Positions 25,413-36,350 of a stretch of 64,000 nt of DNA are shown here, one piece after another. A model generated the notes under the pieces. The model did no database searches, was not told where the DNA came from, and saw only the letters and a list, made by a program, of their open reading frames with translations. Where the stretch lies: assembly GCA_951406725.2 (NCBI GenBank), contig OX597829.1:32116001-32180000 (forward strand), given 5' to 3'. The translations under genes were made by a program, and so were the position numbers. The stretch comes from Octopus vulgaris. Taxonomy: Eukaryota. Position 1 is the first letter of the stretch, and each line of letters opens with the position of its first letter.

Positions 25413-28400
25413 TGTTATGACATGAGTGATGTTATCCATTTCCAATCTTTCATGAAAACAGGTTTGGTTATGGGAAAAATTTGCTTGGAAACAGATGAAG
25501 GTTGGTGACAGGAAAGGCATCTGGATGTAGAAATCTAAGCCATCAGAGCTTGGAAAAGTGGACATTAAATGATGATGATGATGATGATGTTGATGTTGAT
25601 ATGACTTGGTCAAAAGGAAAGGCAATGTTCAAGACCGTTTATGGGGCTCTGAAACTGATGAGAGGGAGAGAGAAGTTACTGTCAAACTGAGATTTGGCTC
25701 AAATGCTTATAACAGAATGGACTTTGTTAAAAGCACCAAAGAACCAAGCAGACGTATCAAATCAGGTGATGGGTTGAGTTTACCACCCATGTAGCACCAT
25801 GGTGTGATTTGAAATCAGAAATCAAAGAGCTGGAACTCATACTGCAGGGTATCTCATCCAACATTCTAGGTTGGTACTTTATATATTGACCCAACAAATT
25901 TTATCTGACCCATGAAAGCATGGAGAAATGGATGCTAAAATGATGGGGAGGATGATAAAATGAGTATTACCTATTTCTAAAATAAAAAATCTACTTTGTT
26001 GACGACTTCTATACTTATATTTTTTAATCATATAAATACATCATCATCATCATCATCATCATCATTTAGCGTCCGTTTTCCATGCTAGCATGGGTTGGAC
26101 GGTTCAACTGGGGTCTGGGGAGCCCGAAGGCTGCACCAGGCCAGTCAGATCTGGCAGTGTTTCTACAGCTGGATGCCCTTCCTAACGCCAACCACTCCGA
26201 GAGTGTAGTGGGTGATTTTATGTGCCACCGACACAGGTGCCAGACGAGGCTGGCGAACGGCCACGCTCGGATGGTGTTTTTATGTGCCACCGACACAGGT
26301 GCCAGACGAGGCTGGCAGACGGCCACGCTTGGATGGTGTTTTTATGTGCCACCGACACAGGTGCTAGATGAGGCTGGCGGACGGCCACGATCGGATGGTG
26401 TTTGTTACATCCCCAAAGCACGGAGGCCAGTCTATGCGGTACTGGCTACGGCCACGTTCGGATGATTTTCTTGTGTGCCACCGGCACTGGTACCACAAAG
26501 ATACAAATTCCATTGATGTTCATCTATTTTGATTTGTTTTGATTTGATTTTCACTTGCCTCAACAGGTCTTCACAAGTGTCACAAGAAGGAAGGTATGCA
26601 CAGGTGGACTGACTACGTCCCAGATAGGGGCCACGGGTTATGGCCTGACTAGTCTTGCCGGGTCTTCGGATGGTGTTTTTATGTGCCACCGACACAGGTG
26701 CCAGATGAGGCTGGCGAACGGCCACGATCGGATGGTGTTTGTTACGTGCCCACAGCACGGAGGCCAGTCGATGCGGTACTGGCTACGGCCACGTTCGGAT
26801 GGTTTTCTTGTGTGCCACCGGCACTGGTACCACAAAGATACAAATTCCATTGATGTTCATCTATTTTGATTTGATTTGATTTGATTTTCACTTGCCTCAA
26901 CAGGTCTTCACAAGTGTCACAAGAAAGAAGAAAGAAAGAAATACATTTTTAAAAATAACATACAAAATCTTTTTTTCACTTATTCCAGTCATTAGACTAC
27001 AACCATTGTGAGGCAATGCCTTGAGGAATTTTGCTTGAACTAAACAACCCCAGTACTTGTTTTCCTTTTAAGCCTGGTACTTATTCTATCAATGTCTTTT
27101 ACTGAACTGCCAAGTTACAGGGACATAAACACACCAACATCAGTTATCAAGCAGTGGTGGAAGACAAACACAGACACAACAACACAGACACATAAACATA
27201 TACACACACACATATATATATATTTACAATGGGCTTCTTTTTAGTTCCGTCTACCAAATCCACTCAGAAGGCTTTGGTTGGCCCAAGGCTATAGTAGAAT
27301 ACACTTGCCCAAGGTGTCACACAGTGGAACTGAACCTGGGACCATGTAGTTAGGAAGCAAACCTCTTACCATACCACCATGCCTGGTTAACAGAGAGGAT
27401 GTAGATGTTGTTGATAAAGTGAAAATATCAGTTGACTTTATCTGGCTATCTCTTCCTACATCTCACTACCTCTCACACTAAAATAATACAGTATGTTGTA
27501 CTTTTCCTCAATCACATCCACTTTAGACTTCTCAGTAGTGATTAACAAATACTCCCTCTTAAGAACCATTATGAATTTGACCTTGTACTAAAATTAGAAG
27601 GATTGATAATATTATCAGGGCAACAAGCTGGCAGAATCATTAGCACATTGACAAAATACTTAGAGATAGTGTCTTCTGGTTCTTTACACCCTAAATTCAA
27701 TTTCTACCAAGGTTATCTTAGCCTTTCAAAATTTTTTTTTGGGGGGGGGGGGGGGTAAATAACTATCATTTAAGTACTGGGATTAATATAACTGACTTGC
27801 CCCTTCTGCTCAAAATTGCTGGCCTTGTGCCTAAATTAAAAATAATTATTATTGTGAGCTGGCAGAATTGTTAGTAAAATGCTTATCAGCATTTTTTCTG
27901 TCTTTTATGATCTAAGTACAAATTCCTCTAAGGTCAACTTTGCCTTTCATCCTTTTTTTTTGGGGGGGGGGTCTTTGAAATAAGTACCAGTTGGGCACTG
28001 GGGTTGATGATATTGACTTACTACTTCTGAAATTGCAGGCCTTTTGCCAAAATTTGAAATCATTATTATGAAATATCTTAGCAGTGTTTCTTTGCTTTCC
28101 AAGTTCAAATTTTTCTTAGGTCATTTTTTGCATTTCAACCCTCCAGAGTTGATGAAACTAAGTACCAGTCACATGCTGGGATTAACAATACTGACTAAAT
28201 CCTTCCCTTTGGTATTGCTGGCCTTGCTTCTAAATTAGAAACCTTTAATGTGTATGTGTTTGAGTGTGTGTGTGTGTGTGTGTGTGTGAGTGTGTGTCTG
28301 TGTCTGTGTGTGCATGTGTGTGTTTGTGCACATGCATGTGTGAATGCACATGCAGACAGAACCCTAATACAACTCCCTTTGGTACACACATACACATGCA

Positions 28401-31400
28401 TGCACATCAACATGACTATGTATATCATCATCATCATCATCATCATCATTTAATGTCCGCTTTCCATGCTGGCATGGGTTGGACGGTTCAACTGGGGTCT
28501 GGGAAGCCAGAAGGCTGCACCAGGCCCAGTCAGATCTGGCAGTATTTCTACAGCTGGATGCCCTTCCTAACGTCATTGCATTTTCATATGTAAGTGCATG
28601 TATTTCTATTTACTAGCAGCATTACTGAGCATTGCCTGGTTTATTACAACCTAAAATAAATACAACTGCATGGATTCACAACATAAGTTTGGATAGATTG
28701 GTTTAAAAAAGGAGCTGACAAAATATTCACCCAGAATTTCAATATTTATTTATTTGTAAGTTGCACTTATACATATAAGCCACACTTGAGTATAAACCAT
28801 ACCCCTAATTTAGTGTTAAATCTTGGTATAAATTTTTTTTCCTTCATAGTTTTTATTTTTGCTCCACCCAGGTTTTTTTACCAGTTAAAATCAAGTATAA
28901 AAGTATATACAACTTGTATATGAGTAAACACACTACAAGTATCCAAGCAATTTTGGAGATATTTCAAACTGAGCTTCATAAAGAATGTTGCCCATCAATA
29001 CCACTGCCGCCACCACCATCATCAAAAAATTGCCAAAAATATATATAAATAAACAATCAAGTACAAAATCTAAAATAAAGATTTTACGCTTTTTTTTGTT
29101 ATTTTCCGGGAAAACATGCTTCTTTTTCCTCAAAGATACTTTACTAATTTATATAATTACTCTAAATGAAATATTTTTCTAATCAGTACATTTTTTTCTA
29201 ATGTCCATTGCAGTGCTTGGGGGTTATACAATGTTCCTTACTTTTCTGTTAGGTAAAAAAGAAAACAACAAACACTAAAAATAACAAATTTCAGAAAAAT
29301 TCATATTCTGTGTCTTTTTCCTTGAAAAGATGTGGTTCTAAGCAAAATTTCAGATACCTACGTGTAAAACTGGGAACACATATATTCACAGTTTTTTTAT
29401 TAAAATGTGTGTACAGATGTATGTGTATGTATGCATGTGTTTGTTTCTGAGCATTATGTGTGTATGCGTAATTGTGTAAGTGTGTCTGTCTGTCTATTTG
29501 TACATATGTATGTGTATATATTTTGTTTTGTAAGTGAGTGTGTATGTGTGAAGATGTGTGTACAAGAGGGAGTGAGAGAGAGAGAGGGAGTATGTATATA
29601 TTCCCAATGTTTAGTACGAGTGCTGAGTCAGACATTCTTACCGAAATGTAGCGATGAGTAAATAAATATTTATGTAGAAGTTACAGAATAGTAAATGATG
29701 AAAAATGGAACAAGGAATAAAATAGTCTATATGCTTCAAACATAGTCTTAGCTGTGTTATATGTGCATGTGTGTCTGTGTATGGGTTGGTGCAAGTATGT
29801 GTGCGTAATATATATATACATATACATATTCTTTTATTCTTTTACTTGTTTCAGTCGTTTGACTGTGGCCATGCTGGAGCACAGCTTTAAAGAGTTTTAG
29901 TCACAGAAATCAACCCCAAGACTTATTCTTTGTAAGCCTAGTATATATTCTATCGATCGCTTTTGCTAAACCACAAAGTTATGGGGACATAAACACACCT
30001 ACATCAGTTGTCAAGCGATAGTGGGGGGAACAAACACAGACACAAAGACACACACATAAATATATATATATATATATATATATATGCAATAGGCTTCTTT
30101 CAGTTTCCATCTACCAAATCTACTCACAAGGCTTTGGTCAGTCCAAGGTTATGATAGAAGACACTTGCCCAAGATGCCATGAAGTGGGACTACACACAAA
30201 CAAGCACACGCACGTGTACCCAAGTAAACACATATATGCAAAACAAGGTGGTAAAAATAGCACTCGAATACCAAAGGTAGAGTAATATGTTTTTATATAT
30301 ACTATGGGCTTCCACACAGTTTTTGTCTTTCAAATTCATTCACAAGGCACTGGTTGACCTGCGGCTATAGTAGAAGACACTTGCCCATGGGGCTGTGCAG
30401 TGGGACTGAACCAGATGGTTGCAGATACTCTTTTCTGAATGAAAGAGTGAATGATCACTAGAACTGCTCAATGAGGGGTGATCTGGAGCTAAACTAGAAC
30501 ATGTCCATCTATAAATTTCATAATGTAGTTTGAGATAGACTATGTCTGAATAAAAGATGGGATGGTCACTTATGGAACATCATTGAACAATAACTGAACA
30601 ATAACAATAAAGGACATATAGGACACTGTAGTCATAGACGCTATGTTGGGGGGGGGGGAGCAAGATGGTCATGACTGGAACATCTCTGATCATAAGTGTT
30701 CTAGATAAATTGGCCTGGAATTGAACAACAACAACTTTAATGGTGGGAGAATTATGGTTCTAAACTAAGCATTATATGTTTAATAAACTTGCATCAAAAA
30801 AATAATAATAAATGCACCCTTTTAAAGCCTAGCCAGGCTCATGGGCCCGGTTTCTATGGCGCATGTGTTCCCTAGCTGGATGGGATGCCAGTCTATTGCA
30901 GCGTTACTCATTTTTGCCAGCTGAGTGAACGGAAGCAACGTGAAATGAAGTGTTTTGCTCAAAAACACAATGTGTCGCCCAGTCCAGGAATCAAAACCAC
31001 AATCTTACGATCATGGTGCTGACACCCTAACCACTAAGCCACACACCTCCACAAACTTGTGCCAAAACCATATAGTTATTATGATGACACAGAAATTTAA
31101 CTGATTAAAAATGAAAGCAGAAGAATAAAGAACAAAAACAGTAAAAATTAAAATTTTAAAAGACCATGGTCTCTTTTATGACTGGTTTACATTGATTATT
31201 TCAACTTTTGTTGGAGTGATAATTTTACAAGCTGATGTCCTCCTCACTGAAAATCACTTAACCGTGAAATGCAAATTAAATCTATTTTTTATTTACTTTT
31301 TGTCAGTCAGGCACACAGAAGTAGAAAAAGTTGTGTACTTTGTTTAGAAATTTATAATGGCATAATCAAAGGAAGAATGGCAATAATCATGACTGCTATA

Positions 31401-31757
31401 GGAATTCTGAGATTGAGTTGGCAGTGGTAGGAAACAGGTGAAGAGTGTGCTGTTTATTGTTATTTTCATTACTATAAACAGCCTAACTGTAGATCACTGA
31501 AGATTCATGGTACTTAAAAGCAGGGCATGAAATTTTTAAAAATCAAAGACTTTATCGAAATAGGGTAGACATAAAATGTGTCATATAACCTCTTTCCAGA
31601 CATCTCTCATAAAAATGAAGAATTTATTTTAAAACTGAGCGACTGTTATTTGCATTCATTTTTGTACTTTAAGCATGCAGAAAATGCCAGTGAGATATAT
31701 ATATATATATTTACATATATATACATAAAAGCAGACAGACATATAGACAGACAGACT

Positions 31758-31805
<48 letters not shown>

Positions 31806-32874
31806 TAGATATAAAATTATCTCCAGTCAGTTATTGCAACTATGACTGTTCATCGCTTTGATGTGACTTGATAAGCTTTTCTCCATACTGGTCAGTTTTT
31901 TTTACTTGGCTTTGCAATTTATTATGATCAATTCCTTTCCATGTATATGTGTATATATATAAGGTATCGGTATCCAGAAGACCCCAAAGAGTGGCAGGTA
32001 ATGCTAAGTAAGTGCTAAGGACAGACCATAGGTAAACTCTTGGTTCAATCGTGATATGCGTGAGGAGTTTAATGTGGGTCTTGTATTAGCAATTGAAGGA
32101 AAACTATGCTCCAACATACTCTCATCTGATCCACGCAAGAATGGGAAAAGTAGATGCTAACAACGATGATTATGATGATGATGACTATGGTGACATCCAC
32201 AATAACAATGATGAGGAGGAGGAGGATGACAATGATGATGACCACTATGGTGACAACCAGAATAACAATGATGACGAGGATAGTGATGTTGATGATGAAA
32301 ACAATGATGATTATTATGATGATAGTGAAGATGACAATGATGATGATGATGACACCAACAACAACAACAATGGCATTGATGATGAAATACTAGTATTTAA
32401 AAACAAGCATAGTTTTCTTACATTTTAACTATACTATTACTATTTTCTATAAATTTAAGACAAACATTTTTGCTATTAGTATTGATATCTAGACTAATTA
32501 ATATAGAATTGTGTTTTCTTATAATTAATGATATTTTTTTAAATTTTTGTAAATTATAATACTGTGGTAGATATCATGACTAGCATCCTCTCTAATCAGT
32601 GCAACAAAATACCTGCAATAGAATTGAACTCAAGACCTACTGAACTAAGGATAATTCAATAATTTATAAAAAGGTTATTTATCTTCTGTACAACATAAAT
32701 GGTTTAAATGAAGATCATCCTTTTTGGAATAAATTAAGATTTCACTTAAAGGTGATTTGAAAGCAAGACTTACTGGATTCTTCTGTTTGGCAGCAGTAAG
32801 TAGTGACATGGTGATTTCTGACAAATAGTCAAAGACAAGGAAATCAATTTTTCCATGATGAATAAGTTGTGGAG
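6880..32874 (-). CDS. AtuA / DUF1446 (acyclic terpene utilisation) family protein gene, partial: six internal exons
   Basis: Exons 32874-32774, 24533-24464, 22646-22516, 19628-19540, 13516-13417 and 6923-6880 join in frame with matching phases and no stops: [178 protein letters not shown]. Motifs FDYLxEITMS, GYAxDF, SNAGGxNP, NAYLGA and [16 protein letters not shown] are AtuA-family hallmarks. Confidence 0.93.
7990..8325 (+). mobile_element. R4/Dong-like (restriction-like endonuclease) LINE C-terminal fragment
   Basis: Frameshifted CRLC...ETIA..LAKNHYK..HNQV..LHWKL...WYEHKPQ...[18 protein letters not shown], the zinc-knuckle/RLE region. Confidence 0.75.
10325..10656. repeat. Long inverted repeat (about 140-bp arms, about 45-bp spacer)
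   Basis: ttttcaggaaaggtgtctatattt...gcagggagcattaaaaagccaatt (10325-10463) is the reverse complement of aattagctttttaatactccctgc...aaatatagacacctttcctgaaaa (10510-10656). Confidence 0.9.
10870..11108 (+). mobile_element. tRNA-derived SINE, family B, young copy
   Basis: Head aggcggcgagctggcagaaacgttagc...gagttcaaattcc; flanked by direct repeat agaatacagt; CpGs retained. Confidence 0.88.
11152..11524 (-). mobile_element. SINE family A, young copy with an internal deletion
   Basis: Near-identical reverse complement of 266-678, lacking the acaaagaataagtcc...cgac segment. Confidence 0.9.
11659..12546. mobile_element. mariner-derived element with two inverted 5' ends
   Basis: TA on both sides; about 210-bp inverted arms, each ending in ATGACAGAGAAAGTTG (MTEKV); interior is a decayed minus-strand transposase N-terminus ([15 protein letters not shown]). 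Confidence 0.9.
12650..12900 (-). mobile_element. mariner transposase C-terminal fragment
   Basis: [50 protein letters not shown]. Confidence 0.75.
13417..13516 (-). CDS. AtuA-like gene exon (100 nt)
   Basis: Acceptor ttcatcaaag, donor gtaagt; [33 protein letters not shown]; phase 2 in, phase 0 out. Confidence 0.95.
14530..15415 (+). mobile_element. Head-to-tail cluster of SINE family B variants separated by microsatellites
   Basis: Repeated ctggcagaa...gagttcaaat...tttgcctttcatc...aagtaccagt...ggccttgtgc units separated by (CAT)n and (TAG)n/(GAA)n. Confidence 0.8.
16536..16968. repeat. Diverged foldback / inverted repeat
   Basis: Paired blocks: tcactcccaacacaactctggcaaat / attggccagagtacgttgggaatga; acacatggctcactaatgtaaggggactt / aagtccccttccactaatgaatcatgtgt; gtgtctcttcag / ctgaagagacac; actgatgaatccaacgag / cttgttggattcatcagt. 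Confidence 0.85.
17205..17797 (-). mobile_element. SINE family A copy interrupted by a roughly 250-bp insertion (about 17270-17515)
   Basis: SINE tail at 17205-17268 and body at 17520-17797 flank unrelated sequence with weak inverted ends, possibly a MITE. Confidence 0.65.
19540..19628 (-). CDS. AtuA-like gene exon (89 nt)
   Basis: Acceptor ggtttcag, donor gtaagt; [29 protein letters not shown](G); phase 0 in, phase 2 out. Confidence 0.93.
19750..20006. mobile_element. mariner-type MITE
   Basis: TA on both sides; about 90-bp inverted arms ttgagttggagcataatta... / ...taattatgcaccaacccaa; the centre holds a transposase C-terminal remnant ([12 protein letters not shown]). Confidence 0.88.
20940..21660. 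mobile_element. piggyBac-like non-autonomous element
   Basis: TTAA target duplication at 20936-20939 and 21661-21664; termini ccctttaatatt...aatactaaaggg. Confidence 0.85.
21086..21588 (+). mobile_element. Non-autonomous Helitron
   Basis: 5'-TCTATATATATAAA; 3' hairpin cccgagcaacgccggg followed by ...CTAG-3'; inserted between host A and T with no TSD. Confidence 0.9.
22516..22646 (-). CDS. AtuA-like gene exon (131 nt)
   Basis: Acceptor ttttatcaag, donor gtaatt; (K)[43 protein letters not shown]; phase 1 in, phase 0 out. Confidence 0.94.
23890..24205 (-). mobile_element. tRNA-derived SINE, another family, head shared with 30812-31052
   Basis: tRNA-like head (gagttcaattcccagc on the minus strand) and cttgagcaagacactttatttcac motif; its tail resembles 5648-5688. 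Confidence 0.7.
24464..24533 (-). CDS. AtuA-like gene exon (70 nt)
   Basis: Acceptor ttccaaag, donor gtaagt; [23 protein letters not shown] plus 1 nt; phase 0 in, phase 1 out. Confidence 0.92.
24702..25083 (+). mobile_element. Non-autonomous Helitron
   Basis: A|TCTATATATATAAA ... aaacccgagcaacgctgggtgatactgCTAG|T; same termini as 21086-21588. Confidence 0.9.
26041..26930 (-). mobile_element. Family C retroelement with internal tandem units of about 62-67 nt and a segmental duplication
   Basis: (CAT)n tail at 26041-26065; units ggtgtttttatgtgccaccgacacaggtgccagacgaggctggcgaacggccacgctcggat; 26332-26592 is repeated at 26668-26930. Confidence 0.88.
26975..27385 (-). mobile_element. SINE family A
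   Basis: Reverse-complement similarity to 266-678. Confidence 0.85.
27615..28240 (+). mobile_element. Tandem cluster of about three SINE family B variants
   Basis: Repeated gctggcagaat...aggtcaactttgcctttcat...aagtaccagt...ggccttgtgcctaaatt units joined by short (ATT)n. Confidence 0.75.
29830..30190 (-). mobile_element. SINE family A, head truncated
   Basis: Reverse-complement similarity to 266-678. Confidence 0.85.
30812..31052 (-). mobile_element. tRNA-derived SINE with Meta/V-SINE-like domain
   Basis: Minus strand carries taacgctgcaatagactggcatcccatccagc and the 3' end gcccatgagcctggctaggcttt shared with 62938-63253. Confidence 0.75.
31736..31812. repeat. (GACA)n/(GATA)n microsatellite
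   Basis: Seen directly. Confidence 0.95.
32774..32874 (-). CDS. AtuA-like gene, first exon visible in the window (101 nt)
   Basis: Acceptor ttttctcag, donor gtaagt; encodes (A)[33 protein letters not shown]; phase 1 in, phase 0 out. Confidence 0.93.
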
Positions 32875-33352
32875 CTGAGAAAATAAAATATAAAATACAC
32901 AGATTACAATTTAAATCTTTTACAAGTACAAACAAGCACTCATACAAACATAAACACATATATATATATATACACACGCTCTTCAGGTTGCACAAATGGA
33001 ATATAAACTGCTCAATACATCTTATCGTAAAGTCTACTCAGCACATTGCAACACTGAGTTTCTTGCGGGTATGCTTTCATCACTTGAATGAATATAACCC
33101 ATGCCACCATGGAAAATGGACATTAATGGAGGATGATGATCATGATGATGTGCGTGCATGTGTGTGTGTGTGTGTATGTTCGTGCACACTAATATAAATA
33201 CACACACATATATATATACATACATACACATACATATACATATGTATGTGTGTTTGTGTGTGTATATATACATGTGTATATATATATATATATATGTATA
33301 TGTATGTATATAAAATATATGTGTACATATATTTTATAAATATATATATATA

Positions 33353-33589
33353 CATCAGTATACAAAGGTATATAAAAAATAATCATACTACATCTACAAA
33401 ATGTCAGTATCAGGCTGCAGCTTCCATTGAAGAAAACTGATTTATTAGAATTCATAGTAAGCATATTAAAAGGAAAGTTAATCCAATAATTACATGGAGT
33501 CCATGAAATCCCATTGCTACAAAAAAGGTTGATCCGTAAATTCTATCTGAAATAAAGAATGATGCTTCTATGTATTCTATTATTTGGAT
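33353..33589 (-). pseudogene. cox3: NUMT: 3' part of mitochondrial cox3
   Basis: In the invertebrate mitochondrial code: [67 protein letters not shown]; TGA stands at the conserved Trp positions; the HHFGF motif is deleted; a frameshift lies near the end. Confidence 0.97.
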
Positions 33590-34122
33590 ATATATATATA
33601 TATATCTTAGTGACTCGATAAATTTATTGTAGCTTGTCATGCGTTGAGCAGACTGCATGACACTCCCTCTCTCTCTCTTTGTTAGTTTGTCCCTCCTTCC
33701 TCTCTCTCTCAGTGACTTGTTTAAAAGATATGCTAGGGGGAATGGTCACCCCCTTCTCTTTCAGTGATTCGACAAATTCAGTGTGGCGTGTCATGCTCTG
33801 AGAAGACCGCATGTCACGCCTTTCTGTCTATTTTGACCAGAACAAGAGCAAGCCCATAATTCTTGAGTTATCCAGCTGAATTGTTGGAAAAGTTTTGCAT
33901 GTAAGTTTGAATTCTTTTATCCAAAACCTCCGTTTGCACTATTATATTTTTGGAGTGTTTTGTAAACAAAAATGTAATCTATATTATATTTCTTATTTCA
34001 GAAATAGCTAATTAATCTTAAATTAATTTAACAAAGGGTATTTTTCCGTTTTGTTGAAATTGACTTACAATTTACGCCGGCGCTTCCACGTGGGTCCTTA
34101 TATAAGAGCAGCCTTTTTCAAA

Positions 34123-36350
34123 ATGAGTGAAATGTGTGTTATAAACGATATTTTGAGAAATAGTTTTTCGAAAAGAGACTTTGATGGAAAACAATTAATT
34201 ATAAATAGTAGGAGACCAACACCGAATTCACCTAATTTGCAAAGCTACAACAAGAAATTCATGAGACAATTTCAGGTTAATTCATATGAAAAGAAGAAAT
34301 GGTTAACTGGAAATATTGCTCTTAATAAATTATTCTGTTGGCTGTGTTTACTTTTTGGCTTAGAAAAAAATGTTTGGAATGATAAAGACTATGATGATTT
34401 AAATAATTTACATATGGCTATGCTAAAGCACGAGCATCCTCAAAGGCATATAAAATGTTTGATAGACCTTAAAATATTCGGGAATGTTCGCATAGACTTA
34501 CAATTAGATGCATGTAAAAATCAAAGCATACAACATCATAATGAGAAAGTTCGATGAAACAGATCCATTCTGCAACGATTGATCGATGTTGTTATTTTTT
34601 TAGGCCTCCAGGAATTATCATTTCGGGGTCATTTTGAATCTGAAGGCTCTAATAATCGTGGAAATTATAAAGAACTCATTTATTTGATCAGTAAATATGA
34701 TAAAAAAATGGAAAGTCATCTAGATACAGCTTCTATCTTCACTGGTCTGTCGAACAGAATTCAAAATGACTTGATCGAAGCAATTCATAAAGTTATGTTG
34801 AATGAGATGCAGAAGGAAATTGACCAAGCTAAGTTTGTTTCTATTCTTGTTGATGAGACATCTGATGTCTCAGCATCTTCACAACTGTCAACAGTTTTAT
34901 GTTATGTTACAGAAGACTGTGTGACGAAAGAACGATTTATCGGTTTTAGTGATGTTAGTGCAGATCGATCTGCAAATGCTTTATCTGAACATGTTTTTAA
35001 ATGCATTGAGACGTGGGAATGTGGAAACAAATTGATTGCACAGACATACGATGGTGCTGCTACAATGGCAGGACAACTAAATGGGTTACAGGCAAAAGTA
35101 AGAAAGAAATATGAATGTGCAATCTTTATTCATTGTTGTGCCCATATCCTAAATTTAGTTCTTTCACAATCATGCTCTGCTACGAAAGAATGCAAGATAT
35201 TTTTTTCTACAATAAACAGACTCGGTACATTTTTTACGAAATCATCGAAAAGGGCTAATGCATTAGATAACATTGTTAAAAAAAGATTTCTGAAAGCAAC
35301 AGCAACTAGATGGAATTACTCCTCACGTCTTATTATTACCACAAAGGAAAATTATAATTTCATAATCAGCCTTTTTGAACACATCATTGAAAATCCTGAA
35401 GCATGGGATGATACCACCATAAATTCAGCAATTGGATTCTTACACACTTTAAAAGCTCCTGATTTCTTATTTTTGTTAGCAGTATTCAGTGACATTTTTT
35501 TCTTTTACTGACATCTTATTTAACATACTCCACAGTAAAAGTCATGACATAGTGTATTGTAAAGAGCAAATAGATAAAACTAGAACTGTACTCGAAAACA
35601 AACTTGATAATTTTTCAATCTTTTATGATAGGTTAGGGGAAAAATATGGAGTCGATGCAGGAATCGGAATTCAGAGATCCAAGAATATATCTATTGATCC
35701 CCAACGACATTATAGAATGCTTTATAACAAAATTATCAGTACAATAGTTGACCAAATAAAAGCACGATATTCATCCTTAAAAGAGTTTAAATTCATGGAA
35801 CTTTTGAATTTCAAGTTGATGAGTACGAATAAAAGCACGATATTCATCCTAAAAAGAGTTTAAATTCATGGAACTTTTAAATTTCAAGTTGATGAGTATT
35901 GCAAACAATTTCCTGTGGACTCTTTAGATTCTTTAAGAACAACTTATGGCAGATTTTTTGATGTAATATGATTACTTTGTAATATGATTACAAAGTGAGC
36001 TCAATGTGATGTGTTCAATGAAAGATTTTAAAAAACCAAGTGTAAGTCATTTAATGAGTTACATTAACAGCAGTGATCTTGTTGAAGCTATGCCAGAACT
36101 CTTCAATCTGTGCAAGTTGATTTTGACAATTCCATCTACCACTGCTTCTGTAGAGCGATCCTTTTCTGCATTAAGTAGAACTAAAACATACCAAAGAAAT
36201 GCGACAGGAGAAAGAAGACTATCTGGGTTAGCACTAAAGTCAATTGAAAAAGATTTATTTCAAGAATTGATGAAAAGAGAAGATTTCTATGAAAATATGA
36301 TAGATATATTTGCCCAGAAAGATCGAAGAATTGAATTAATTTATAAATGA
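34123..36350 (+). pseudogene. hAT transposase pseudogene (TTF-type zinc finger, DUF4371, C-terminal dimerisation domain)
   Basis: Motifs WL...LFCWLCLLF, LSFRGHFES..N.GNY, IQNDLI, LVDETSDVS, QTYDGA, HCCAHILNL, TRWN, IPSTTASVERSFS; disrupted by in-frame TGA at 34555, a frameshift near 35495, and tandem duplications. Confidence 0.93.
35755..35898 (+). repeat. 73-bp tandem duplication inside the hAT transposase
   Basis: aataaaagcacgatattcatcc.taaaagagtttaaattcatggaactttt.aatttcaagttgatgagta occurs twice, 73 nt apart. Confidence 0.95.

Noticed and set aside
26205-26835. CRISPR-like repeat/spacer appearance
   Set aside because: Eukaryotic context, no cas genes; the variable parts are short hairpin loops that are themselves repeated, and the array lies within a retroelement.
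32093-32428. Acidic Asp/Asn-rich 111-aa ORF
   Set aside because: Degenerate (GAT)n/(AAC)n tail of a repeat; no splice or homology support.
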